From Pelomyxa schiedti (taxonomy: Eukaryota > Protista > Evosea), in assembly GCA_020536535.1 (NCBI GenBank), contig JAHLWZ010000185.1:1-64000 (forward strand): DNA of 64,000 nucleotides, in the 5' to 3' direction. The notes below the pieces were generated by a model, which was given only the letters and a program-made list of their open reading frames with translations, did not search any database and was not told the origin of the DNA. Both the position numbers and the translations under genes were made by a program. Positions 1 to 10,326 of this stretch are shown here, piece after piece (positions within the stretch are counted from its first letter, which is position 1; each line of letters begins with the position of its first letter).

Positions 1-980
1 CTGGCTTTTCATCATCCCCATCTATTCCAATTGTGTCCCAACCTTTATTCACGCCACCTCTTTTGCCCACGGCCGCTACGACGCCACCGGCATCATCCCC
101 AGTGTACATATCACAAAACCCGAGGACACCAGGATCCGCCACTTCAGCTCAGCATTCTACTTCACCCCGGAATCTTCTATCTCCTCCTTCACTCAATCCC
201 TCTACCACACCAAAAATCCCAGCCACAATGTCACTTGCAACCAATTCCCCTCCACCAGGGCCACAACAACAGCACCATTTGTACACTGACCCCTCACTCC
301 GATTGATCCGCTGCAACAGTTTTCCTGATTACACGGAATTTGTGGATGATGACAAGGAGGCATTTATGAAATACCGCCTTCAGAAGCACATAAGCATGGA
401 CTCCCCCACAGCTTTTACCAACTTGCCGAGAAATGTTACATCGCCTCAATTGGTAGAATCGTAAGTTATTCCTTTCCCTCTGCTACCTTTAAAGCCAATC
501 TAATGCCACTACACACAAGGCTCCAGAGCACCCTGAGAATGTGGGGAACAAGCACCGATTCCATCCACGATCTTCTCAAGATTGTGATGAGGCATGTGAA
601 TACCGTAAGGGCTTCACAAGGTCTACCAATGCTAGTAGCAAGGTGTGCCCGCCCCCCCAATCCAAAAACCCAAATAGTAAAAGTCATTTGAAATCCTCTC
701 AAAATATTCGGTCTAAATTTAAACTAACTGCAATTCCAGCCTGAGACCACAACCGCGGCTGCAGCCTCCTCGTGAAACCACGACGAGACAAACGACCCAC
801 CTTTCAAATCCACTGCCAATCAACTACGCCACGGAATCACCCCTGCGCGAAACCAAGTTGGCGCCCACCCCGCAGCAGGTGGAGGAATTGCTCGATTTGG
901 CACTCTCTGAGATGTCACCTGAGGATAGTTAGCTTGCTCATTTTTCTAACGGTTCAATCTTTAGCCTAGGTGCACAACAA
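1..980 (+). CDS. 3' part of a spliced Pro/Ser-rich hypothetical protein (start outside window, end uncertain)
   Basis: Open P/S/T-rich frame to ~460. GT..AG introns at ~461-518 and ~643-739 join the following segments in frame. No recognisable domain. Confidence 0.4.
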
Positions 981-1124
981 TACCCAATGTAATTACATAC
1001 AACCAACGTTGTAAAAAAAAAAAAGTCAATTACCTTATTTGTTGCTTCTTTACGAAATTTATGACTAGTTTACAAGGGTGCCCAGAAGATTTCCTTTTAT
1101 TTTTTGTTATCAAAGGGACAATAC

Positions 1125-4100
1125 TCAAAGCTTTGTCTTGTGGGCTCTGTAGGTTGCCAAATGAAGAGCTACACTGTTGCATAGAATATCAGTACTCAAG
1201 TCAAACACAACAAACCCTTTGCTGGTGCCCACGTGTTTGATGAAGCCAACAAATTTTTCATAGACGGAAATGAACGTTTGCTTCTCTTTGGATGTCAGGT
1301 GTAAGTGCACTCTAGTGTCCCCGTTTGGCAATGTGCTAAGCTGAGCACCTACTTGATTTATGTTGACTTTGGCAGCATCAGCCAGTGTTTGTATCACAAT
1401 GCTATCTACATACACCTCATTCCGTATTTTGAATACAAGAGCAAGATGTTCCAAAACAGTTGGATCCAACGGGCTCACGTGAAAGTCAAAAGGTACAGAG
1501 AATTTAGCGGGCTGACCTTCAGCACCGCATTGTACAAGTAAATCTTTGTTTTCCAGTGATAAGTTCCGCGCACCATCAATTCTGGCACCACGCAAAGTTA
1601 GCGGAAAGCGGCGTGGTAGAACCTGGTACAGCAAATACTGTGGTCCGTTGCTTGTATCCATCAAATGAAAAACCTTGACTTCGTGGCTGTCCGAACCAGC
1701 TGCAAGAAATTCGCCGGTTGGATTGAAAGTTACGCAAGTCACCAGGTTCTCCATTTGAATAACTTGCCGGCACTTACCATTGTTGGGATCATACAGTGCA
1801 ATACATTCTCCGATTACCACAGCAAGGCATTTCACGGAGCCAAATTTCACGCAACAGTAGTAGGTCTCGTGGGATAATTCTCGCGCGTGGCGAATTTCAG
1901 ATGTGTCAATCTGCAGAATAGATTTTCCCTTGTTGTCGTACAAGAAAACCCAGTCATTCTTCAACGTAGCAAGATGCCCATTTGTACAAAATGTAGGGCT
2001 TTCACCAACTAGAGTCTTAACTTTATTGCCGTGTTGATCCCACAATATGGTAATGCCTTTGTAATCTGAGGAAGCCAAGCGCCCATCAACACTAAATACA
2101 ACACTCACAACTCGGCTGTCATGCCCATGTAGGATCTGTACTTCTTCACTGTTTATGTTCCGCAGAACTATATCATTAGCCTTCCCAGCAGCAAGCAATC
2201 CATCTTTATTGAATGCCACTACTTTTTTCCCCCATTCAACACCTTTGATGGTTTGGGTTGGTTGCCCATTTGAATCCCACAACATTATGTCATCACCAGA
2301 GCAACATGCTGCCATGCGCCCATCCGGGCTGAATGCAATACAAGTAATCTGAAAGAGGCTCTCGAGGGTACTGAGACTGCGACCCCTGCTCACTTCCCAG
2401 AAGATTATTTTTCCACTTTTATCTCCAGAGGCCAGCGTTCCATTGGGTGCAAAGGTAACACATTGAACTTTTTTATCATGCACTATACTAAGGTTTTCTT
2501 GGGTCCCATCTTTACTAAGATTCCAGAGAATGACAGAACCATTATAGCTGCCAGATGCAAGCCGGTCGTGGCTAAGAAAAGCTACACCTACAATTTGTTT
2601 GTTATGCCCGCTCAGTACCTGGAGAATTTGCCCATCTGAATCCCACAGAATTACAAGATCATCATCGCCACCTGAAGCAAGTAGTCCATTGTGGCTGAAT
2701 GTTAGGCATGTGACAGCTTTCGTGTGCCTTTTTAAAGACTGTAGAATGTGACCCTCAGTCGTAGACAGAGTTATGACTCCATCCTCACTTCCTGAAGCAA
2801 TTCGGCCGTCTAGGCTAAAAGCCACTGTACGGGTACGGCTCTCACTGGGTGTAATTGACTGATATTCATGGTAGGCATGGTTTTTTGTCTTGCGCCACAG
2901 TGTAACACACCTGTCAAATCGGTTGGTGGTAACCAACTGTTCATTTGGTCCAAATGCAATGCTTGAGGTATCACTACAATATGGAAAGAAACTACCAGCA
3001 TCAATTTTATCTTTTCCTCCTGAGGCTAAATTGCCCTTGGCGCTATAGGAAAGACTGATTACTGCACCTTTATGCCTATGTCTCAGTGTTTCCAGAAGGG
3101 TTCCACTTGAGTCCCATAAGAATACATTTCCATCTTGATCGCCTGAGGCGAGCCCCCCATCGGGGCTATATGCAAGACATGAAATCCAGTTTGAATGTCC
3201 TTCGCAAATAGCAAGCCGTAGTCTTGTCAGGGAATTGAAGACGACAATCTTTGTATCACAACCAACTGCCAGCCTGGTTCCATCCCAGTTGGAGCAAAGA
3301 CAACGTACAGTCTTGAACTCAAAGTCGTCAAAGCTCAACCTAGAAAGTTCACCAAACCTCATTCCCTGCATATTTGCTTGTTGGAAGTCAGCCTCCGCCA
3401 AGTAACTTTGAGGCATGTGAATTTTAGATAGATCGGCAGAAGTAAATTTGGTACCATGTGCTATCATATGTGGAAGCCGTGCCTTGGGTAAGTAAGTGTA
3501 GGTAAAATCTTGGCCAGACAGGTTGATGCCCAAAGAATTCAGTAGAGTTATGGCATATGCCGCAATTGGACCTTCACTGGGATTTTTCCTGGAACTTTTT
3601 ATAAGCGAAAAGCAGCGATTGATGCAAGATGGTTTCTTATGAAACATTTCAGAGAGGAATTTTCCTATTGCTGGTTCGGAAATTACATGCTTGGGCTTGA
3701 GTTCTGTTTTAGGAGGTGCTAAAATGGGAGCCAGCAGTTTTGTTGGGTTGTCCAGAATACTTATCATGTATCTGGCAGCAAAGTACTCCAAAAATGATTT
3801 GTGCAGGAAACTGTAACGGTTCACCCCAATGGTCTGAAGAGGGCAACCACTTCTTGCTTGCAAAGTTTCGAGGTCATCATTGCTCAGATAACGAACCCAA
3901 GCCACATCAGGTTGTTGTGTGTAATCCACTTCACTGCACTGTGACATGTGCATAAAAATTGCAAGTCTTTGAGAAAAATCTTCAAAAGCGGCAATTGGGT
4001 CCCAATTTGCGGGTGTAGTAGTACCTTGCAATAGACGTCGCTCCTGCTTGGCAAACCAATACCTCATGAAACAATCATAGATGGCAGTTTTGTCTATTGA

Positions 4101-5915
4101 GCTGCCTGTTTTGTAGAACACCACAAGCTCACCCATGGCTTCCACCAAAAGGCGAAGCACAAATGGGTTAGTAATAAGCTCACTCAAACTGGGTAATTCT
4201 TGAATGTATTGTTGGTATTGAGCCAATGTGAAAGGGCGAGGCTGAGTGCAGTATTTACTAAGATAGGCATCGATTTGTTGCGCGGTAAAAGGAGCTAAAC
4301 GTACAATTTGCAATGAAGTCGCATCCTGTGGTGTGAACCAACTTTCATACCCAGGTGTGCAATACGAGGTTCGGCAAGTGATGATAACTTTTAATTGCGG
4401 CCACGTATCAAGTTCATTTGCTCTGTAAATATTTTCTTGCACAGCATCACCTATTTCATCATATCCATCAAGAAGAAGAATGACCTGGTGCATTTTCAGC
4501 TGGGTAGGATCGATGAAGTATTTTTCTTGAAGTGTTAGAGCTACGCATTTACCAATGGTAGGTCTTGAAAAGCGTTTCAGAGGAATAAAGATAACCATTG
4601 GTAGATGTGGGTTACGTTGTTTCGCTGTCAAACGTTGTTGTTCTTCATATAGAAGAGAAATCGATTTCCCAGAACCGGCATCACCAGTAATCAGCAAAAC
4701 GCGATGAGGATCAACCGGGTTGAGAAAAGTGTTAACAATATCTGGCAGAGGTGTCACTGTACTTGTTGATACAGGTGGAATATAAAAAAACAATTGCTCT
4801 AGTTCAGCTGCAGCTTCTCTTTTCCGTGCAAGGATCATGCTATCCAATGGATTTGGCTTTGATGCCGACCACATTGACTGTAGGTCTTCTGCGTAAATAG
4901 TACGAAGTGAATCACGTCGTTCTATCAACATCGTTGTTAATTCATCCACAGTATGACCCCCATGAAGAATGAAATTGTGTCCTCCGCGGCGATTGAAAAA
5001 ACCACGAATGGTAGCCTCATTCGTGTCAACTATCTCCTGCAGAGTGAGTATGAATTCCTGCTGTGCACTAGGTGGCAGGTTGCTGAATTGTAAAAACCTT
5101 TCAGCGTATTCACCCCCAGTGGCTATTCTAACATGTTTATTTGCGGCCAGAAATCCCCGTGCTTGTTCTTCTGGAGTGGGATCGGCTAGTGATGAATCCG
5201 TAAAGGCCTCCCCAGGGTCTATTTTTATTGTCTGGGCGCACTTGTGACCCCCTGGTGGCTCATCAGTCAGTACTTGGAATCCAACGTTCCCACCGCTTCC
5301 ACCGATGACGTCAATGTCATTTATGAGTGCTGCAACTGCCAGAATTCGGCCCAGGCCCCGTTCTGGCAATTTCTGACCCCGGAATGTGATTGTACCGTCA
5401 GAGCAAATAGGCTTTGTTGGATTGAAGTCCTCAACTCTCGAGTACGGGGTGAATCCATCCACAATTTCACTCATGACGTGGACACCCTGGTAGTCTTCGG
5501 CAAGAGGAATCGGGCCATAGATCAAATTTGTGAGTCTCTGCATCGAGATCTGTATCCTGGCCACCGGTGCCCCATAGTACGCGTAAATGTCACTCGCGAT
5601 CTTTTCCCTGCAAGCCGCGGCCTCGGTCTTCTCCGCGTGGATTCCGCGAAAAACCAAGCGGCCATCGGGCGTCTCCTCTGGGCCCCAGTCCCGAACCGGG
5701 TCGCATTTTCCCAGCCAAAGCCTGCCGGTCTCAGTCTCCAGAAAAACCCCGCTGCTCAGTGTGCTGCCGCCCAGTCTTGGCCTCCCAGTGTTGGTGAATT
5801 CCTTGTCCTTGCGTATTATTTCGTCAATGACATCCGGGTGCACATTCATTGTGGGTTGGTTTTCTCCAAGCCCTTTCAACGAGCACTCGACCTCGTCGGT
5901 GCCCGTTGCGCACAT
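1125..5915 (-). CDS. Intronless STAND/NLR-like protein: LepB/PI-kinase-like domain + NACHT + pentapeptide repeats + WD40 repeats (1596 aa)
   Basis: Kinase-like motifs LWLGK, REKIASDIY, DIDVIGGSGGN and KIDPG. Walker A GDAGSGKS, Walker B ILLLDGYDE. Pentapeptide-like stretch (FTSADLSKI..LAEADFQQANMQGM). Many GH...LASG..D..V.LW WD40 repeats. Confidence 0.9.
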   Translation of the reverse strand: MCATGTDEVECSLKGLGENQPTMNVHPDVIDEIIRKDKEFTNTGRPRLGGSTLSSGVFLETETGRLWLGKCDPVRDWGPEETPDGRLVFRGIHAEKTEAAACREKIASDIYAYYGAPVARIQISMQRLTNLIYGPIPLAEDYQGVHVMSEIVDGFTPYSRVEDFNPTKPICSDGTITFRGQKLPERGLGRILAVAALINDIDVIGGSGGNVGFQVLTDEPPGGHKCAQTIKIDPGEAFTDSSLADPTPEEQARGFLAANKHVRIATGGEYAERFLQFSNLPPSAQQEFILTLQEIVDTNEATIRGFFNRRGGHNFILHGGHTVDELTTMLIERRDSLRTIYAEDLQSMWSASKPNPLDSMILARKREAAAELEQLFFYIPPVSTSTVTPLPDIVNTFLNPVDPHRVLLITGDAGSGKSISLLYEEQQRLTAKQRNPHLPMVIFIPLKRFSRPTIGKCVALTLQEKYFIDPTQLKMHQVILLLDGYDEIGDAVQENIYRANELDTWPQLKVIITCRTSYCTPGYESWFTPQDATSLQIVRLAPFTAQQIDAYLSKYCTQPRPFTLAQYQQYIQELPSLSELITNPFVLRLLVEAMGELVVFYKTGSSIDKTAIYDCFMRYWFAKQERRLLQGTTTPANWDPIAAFEDFSQRLAIFMHMSQCSEVDYTQQPDVAWVRYLSNDDLETLQARSGCPLQTIGVNRYSFLHKSFLEYFAARYMISILDNPTKLLAPILAPPKTELKPKHVISEPAIGKFLSEMFHKKPSCINRCFSLIKSSRKNPSEGPIAAYAITLLNSLGINLSGQDFTYTYLPKARLPHMIAHGTKFTSADLSKIHMPQSYLAEADFQQANMQGMRFGELSRLSFDDFEFKTVRCLCSNWDGTRLAVGCDTKIVVFNSLTRLRLAICEGHSNWISCLAYSPDGGLASGDQDGNVFLWDSSGTLLETLRHRHKGAVISLSYSAKGNLASGGKDKIDAGSFFPYCSDTSSIAFGPNEQLVTTNRFDRCVTLWRKTKNHAYHEYQSITPSESRTRTVAFSLDGRIASGSEDGVITLSTTEGHILQSLKRHTKAVTCLTFSHNGLLASGGDDDLVILWDSDGQILQVLSGHNKQIVGVAFLSHDRLASGSYNGSVILWNLSKDGTQENLSIVHDKKVQCVTFAPNGTLASGDKSGKIIFWEVSRGRSLSTLESLFQITCIAFSPDGRMAACCSGDDIMLWDSNGQPTQTIKGVEWGKKVVAFNKDGLLAAGKANDIVLRNINSEEVQILHGHDSRVVSVVFSVDGRLASSDYKGITILWDQHGNKVKTLVGESPTFCTNGHLATLKNDWVFLYDNKGKSILQIDTSEIRHARELSHETYYCCVKFGSVKCLAVVIGECIALYDPNNGKCRQVIQMENLVTCVTFNPTGEFLAAGSDSHEVKVFHLMDTSNGPQYLLYQVLPRRFPLTLRGARIDGARNLSLENKDLLVQCGAEGQPAKFSVPFDFHVSPLDPTVLEHLALVFKIRNEVYVDSIVIQTLADAAKVNINQVGAQLSTLPNGDTRVHLHLTSKEKQTFISVYEKFVGFIKHVGTSKGFVVFDLSTDILCNSVALHLATYRAHKTKL

Positions 5916-5987
5916 GACGGTTTGATCGTTATTTTTTTAAGATTCAAAAAGACACGTTTTTGATCAAATAAATCTCATTGTTGGCTG

Positions 5988-6779
5988 ATGATAAGGAAGA
6001 AGCTGTTGTTGACTGGGAAGCCGGGGTCAGGGAAAACAACAGGTATAGAGGCAAATCAGTAGTGCCCAAGTCTGATGCAACAAAGCAATAAAGAGTGTGG
6101 TTAGAACACTGCAGCAGAGGGGTGTGGATTTAGCGGGAATAACTACTGGAGAAATACGGGACCCACGCAGCGGCGAAAGAGTTGGTTTTTCGTTTGACAC
6201 TTTGTCTCAAGGTTTTCAAAAAACGCCCTCCCTCCCTTCCGGGTTTTTCCCCTAATTTGCTTCAGGAACCACGGGAGAATTGTCTCACATTGGATTGAGA
6301 GGGCGAGTTCCGCTTTGCGTTGGAAAATATGGTGTCAACATTGCTGCTATTGACTCTACCATTGTGAATGAGCTACAGAGGCCATGCTCATTTTGTGTAA
6401 TTGATGAGATAGGTTAGTTGATTCCTCCATTTCTTCTCAAGTGCACAGCACTTAAAAACACAAAAATAACCTCAGCAAGGAAAGATGGAATGCCTGTCAC
6501 CTCGATTTTGTGAGTGTGTAGTCAAGTTGCTGGATAATCCCACACTACCTGTATTAGGTATTTCTATCTCACTGTTACGATTCACTTATTTGTATGCAGG
6601 TACCATAGCGCAAGTAGGCCCTCAATTCATTGAAGCAGTCAAAGTAAGTTACCAACCCACACGAAATTCCTTTTATTAATACTATCACCAAGGCAAGGAA
6701 GGATGTGCACGTAATTACATTGACTCCATCCAACAGAAATACGATCCCTGCACTCCTTTTGGCTGAACTTGGATTCTAA
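5988..6779 (+). CDS. NTPCR: Nucleoside-triphosphatase, NTPCR/THEP1 (NTPase_1) family, 6 exons
   Basis: Spliced product MIRKKLLLTGKPGSGKTT...ERVGF...VGKYGVN...VIDEIGKME...LGTI...TPSNRN; five GT-AG introns restore the frame. Confidence 0.9.
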
Positions 6780-6850
6780 GCACCAAAGAAAAGAAAGCAT
6801 CCAAGACACTTTTTACTGTGGAGAAAAACTATAAATAAACCTTTTCTTAT

Positions 6851-9800
6851 TCACAAATGTTGGATGAGACTTACAACTTCCCCCACACCATTCCTCATGC
6901 AGCCTTCAACTTGTACAAAACCTTCCTTCCACCCCTTCATGGAACCCAGCTGTTGTACAACTTTCTTGGTGCCAAATAAGCTGTGTGCAACAACTTTGTC
7001 ACTGCTAAGTCCATGTCCCCATGTTACACACCTCAGTCCTCCAATTAGAATAATGTGGCACCTGTCAAGTATTACATTGTATACAACTCCACTGGGGTTC
7101 GGAACTTCTTCTGGTACTACGGCGGAATTCTTGAAGTTGCGTGCACATACCCAATGTCCATCATTCTCTAGGACAGGGTGATGTCCAGTTATGAGCAAAG
7201 AATGGCCAAGCCGGAGGAGTGGTTTTTGAGGTCTCTTCATCTCCACCAGACATAGTACCTTGGCTGTCCCATCCAGAACAGACACGGTATCACCTTTCCG
7301 CAGCTCGCTAATTGGTACAATGAGCTTTTTCCCATCAGGTTCAACCCTGAATACTTCACTTTGGGCACCAAAGCAACCACCACCTCCTCCGGCGTAATAG
7401 GTCTCCATCGGGGGTGGTGTGGGATCCCTGGCAACTGGAGTTGGTGAATAAGTACGAAAATCTGCTGGATCCGGCACCGGTGGCACCGGTTCTGGTTCTT
7501 CCTTTGGAATGGAAGGCGGTGGTGGTTCAAGTGTGATGAATATTTGACCACCCTGGTCTCGTTGTTGTTGGAACAACTTCCCTCCATAGAGTTGTAATCC
7601 TGGGTCCATGAAGTTTGTGCAGATCTGCATTTGGTGTGCCCGAATAATTGCACGCATATAATGCTTGCCCCATCTGTTGAATCTCTCTCTGGTCGTTAGG
7701 GCTTTATTCATCCTACCTCTGAGGTCAGCTCCAATTCCAACAATCCGCGGGTCATTTGAAATCGCTTCTATGGCACCAACAAGACTACAGAGGTTTGTCA
7801 ATTGTTCTTGTCCTGCTCTCTCCCCAGAAACTGCGTGCCGAACTATTTCAAATCCCTCAGTGACTAGCATATTACGGGCATATGCCGCAATTGAATCAGC
7901 TGTTGACATTAAGGAGGTACCGTTGACAATTGCGCGCTGTTCTTTCCCCTCCGCGTTTGAATATACCAGAACTGCTTCCAGGTATACCTCCCCTGGACTG
8001 ATGTTGGCCAAATCTAGGCCACAGACAACATCCCGTGACTGTCCATACTGCAGAGACCCCAGTGTAATAACTTTTCCCCAAACAGCATTCGTGACAGGCA
8101 CCTCACCAAGAACTGGGCCACTGAATACAGCACCGTTCTTTGGCATGAGATGCAAGCAAGAATTTTGTGTCATAGAGCTCAGTGCATTGGCAACCGCATT
8201 TACAAAGCATGTGCCGATAATCTTGGCGTCAGGGATAAATGAAAAAGTTCCTCCTCCTTCTGTAGCTATTTGTGTAAGAAGATCGCTGTCTAATGTATAA
8301 CTGGAAATTTGTTAAAAAAAAGAAATTTCGGATGGGGGAAACTACCCAAAGCCAAATGTGTTGAGTTGGAAATTGAAATCAGGGTGGCTCTCCTTGTACG
8401 TTTTTAGCTCGTGTATACATCCTCGTGGCGGGTTTATGTTTGGTTGTCCGTCTGTCAGCAAAAGTAAATACTTTCTTCTTGGATTACCCGTCGCGGGTGC
8501 ACGTAAGGCTTCCATTCCAGCTAGAAGTCCTTCCCAAATATTTGTGGAACCATTGGGACGCAACTCTTCCAGGGATAAAATTGCACACATTCTTCCATCT
8601 TCACTCATCTCGAGAAGAGGGAAGGACGTTACGGCGTAGTCATCAAAGGCAACGAGAGCAACCCTATCTTCAGGGGACAGTGTGTGAAGCACAGTCTTGA
8701 CTGCATGTTTCACCAAATCTAGTACAGAAAGACCTGACTTGCGCTTTGATGTTTCGTCATTCTCGTCTTGAAAGGTAGCCTCCTCACCCATTGAGCCACT
8801 TATATCCACAACACAACATATATCTATTGGCAGGCGAGTCATAAGGTCCGGCATTTTCACGGTTACAGCTACGTTGACTGAGTCATTAATCATTGCTATA
8901 TCCGAACATGGTGCCACAGTCAGTTGTATCAAGCTTGGAGTTTCAGGTTGTGAGCAGTCCTCATCATCCCAGCCATCAGACGATGGAGCATATTTTGGGA
9001 TCGAAGCTGGACTGGTGGGTGTGCATAGTGATGAAAAGTTTGCTGCTGAGCTGGATGTGGTGGTGTATACTGGCACTGATGGCAGTGTGGGTGCCGCTGT
9101 GAATAGAGGCGCTGATGCTGTCAGAGCTGGTGTTGGGGTCGGAACTGTTGCACTCACCTCTACATCAGCCAGTTGTAATACATTAGAGTTGTCAACTATC
9201 CCACAGGCAAAAACGCGCACAATTGTATCTATAGGCCGCCGGCAGATAGGGCACTCATTGCTTGAGTATTTGATGGCATTAAGGCACATTTCGCAGCCAC
9301 ATTGATGGCCACATGGTACGACAAGAAAATCCGCAGCCTCCATCATACACACAGAGCATTTGGGTTGGGCTCTTTGTGATGTAGTATTCGCAGGAATAGT
9401 AGGAGGTATTGGTACAGGTTCTAGTCGTGCAGTCAAGCAGGCAACTACTTCTGCATTTACTTCATCAATCGATCTTGAAGCATCCACCACCTGAATTTTA
9501 CCACCAAAAAATGGTAAAACCACACCAAGTTGTTCGCGGTATGCACGCAAACGCACTCGCACAGTTGAGGCATCATTATCATACCCTCTCTTCACAGTTC
9601 TAGATTTAACTCCCTCAGGAGGAGGTAAAAAGGTGGTATGATAAATAGCTCCAGTAAGCGGATCCAAGACTCGGCCCAATGCTCGCTGGACACATTTGTC
9701 ATCCTCCAATTCCAGTAAAATGACTCTCTCGACAGTAACACTCGACGAGAGTTGCTTGGCTTGGTTCATCGTGCGTGGGAACCCGTCTAAAAGAACGCCA

Positions 9801-10169
9801 CGTGTCAACGCATCAGGCATTTGCAGCCTCTCCTTGATAAGTCCCACAACAAGGTCATCTAATCGCAATGAGAACTCGGGAGTACTTAAGGAAACGAACC
9901 TGGAACGAAGTCCCCTCGTGAGATGTACTGTTCCACCCTTGTACCTAACGACGTGCGAGAAGAAACCGCCGCTCTGAATATATCTCCTGTCGAAACGTGC
10001 AACAACCTTGTAGAATGTGGGTGCTAGGAATTACGGGTGTTTGTTTATACATTTATTATTGTTGGAACGACAAGTACCCGTGAGATGCAGCCAATAACTT
10101 GCATTGAGTCCCCTTCCCCGCTCCCGGTGGCCCTGCTACTACAATAACACGTCCGGTGGCTGTTGTCAT
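6851..10169 (-). CDS. Fusion protein: adenylate kinase + C3HC4 RING + vWA + Vwaint + Vint-type Hint domain, 4 exons
   Basis: ADK: GPPGAGKGTQ, HVSTGDIFR, LDGFPRT and LID GRVLDPLTGAIYH. RING: CSVC..PCGHQCGCEMC..CPICR. MIDAS DISGSM and LLTDG. Vwaint WGKHYMRA..AHQMQICTNFMDPG. Hint GGGGG|CF..ITGHHPV..VYNVIL..VTWGH. Three GT-AG introns join these in frame. Confidence 0.88.
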
Positions 10170-10326
10170 CGTCGGTTTTTTTTTTTGTGGTGTGTTGATT
10201 TTCGTTCAGCGTTTTCGTGTGTTCGCCGGTTATTTAAGGTGTCAAAACGAACGAAAGGAGGAAAAAGGAAAAGAGTACAATTTTTTGGCCATTTGTTGGA
10301 TTTGATTCCGAGTTGAGAGCGTAGGT

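Noticed and set aside
1600-3350. HET-E-style highly identical WD40 repeats under concerted evolution
   Set aside because: The repeats are clearly divergent from one another.
5244-5963. Long antisense or overlapping ORFs (also 53935-54522, 37061-37402, 55400-55726)
   Set aside because: They shadow GC-rich or repetitive coding sequence on the other strand and have no motifs of their own.
1125-10169. NLR-like gene + NTPase + ADK-Vint as one functional cluster
   Set aside because: Adjacency in a compact eukaryotic genome is expected by chance, and there is no synteny evidence.
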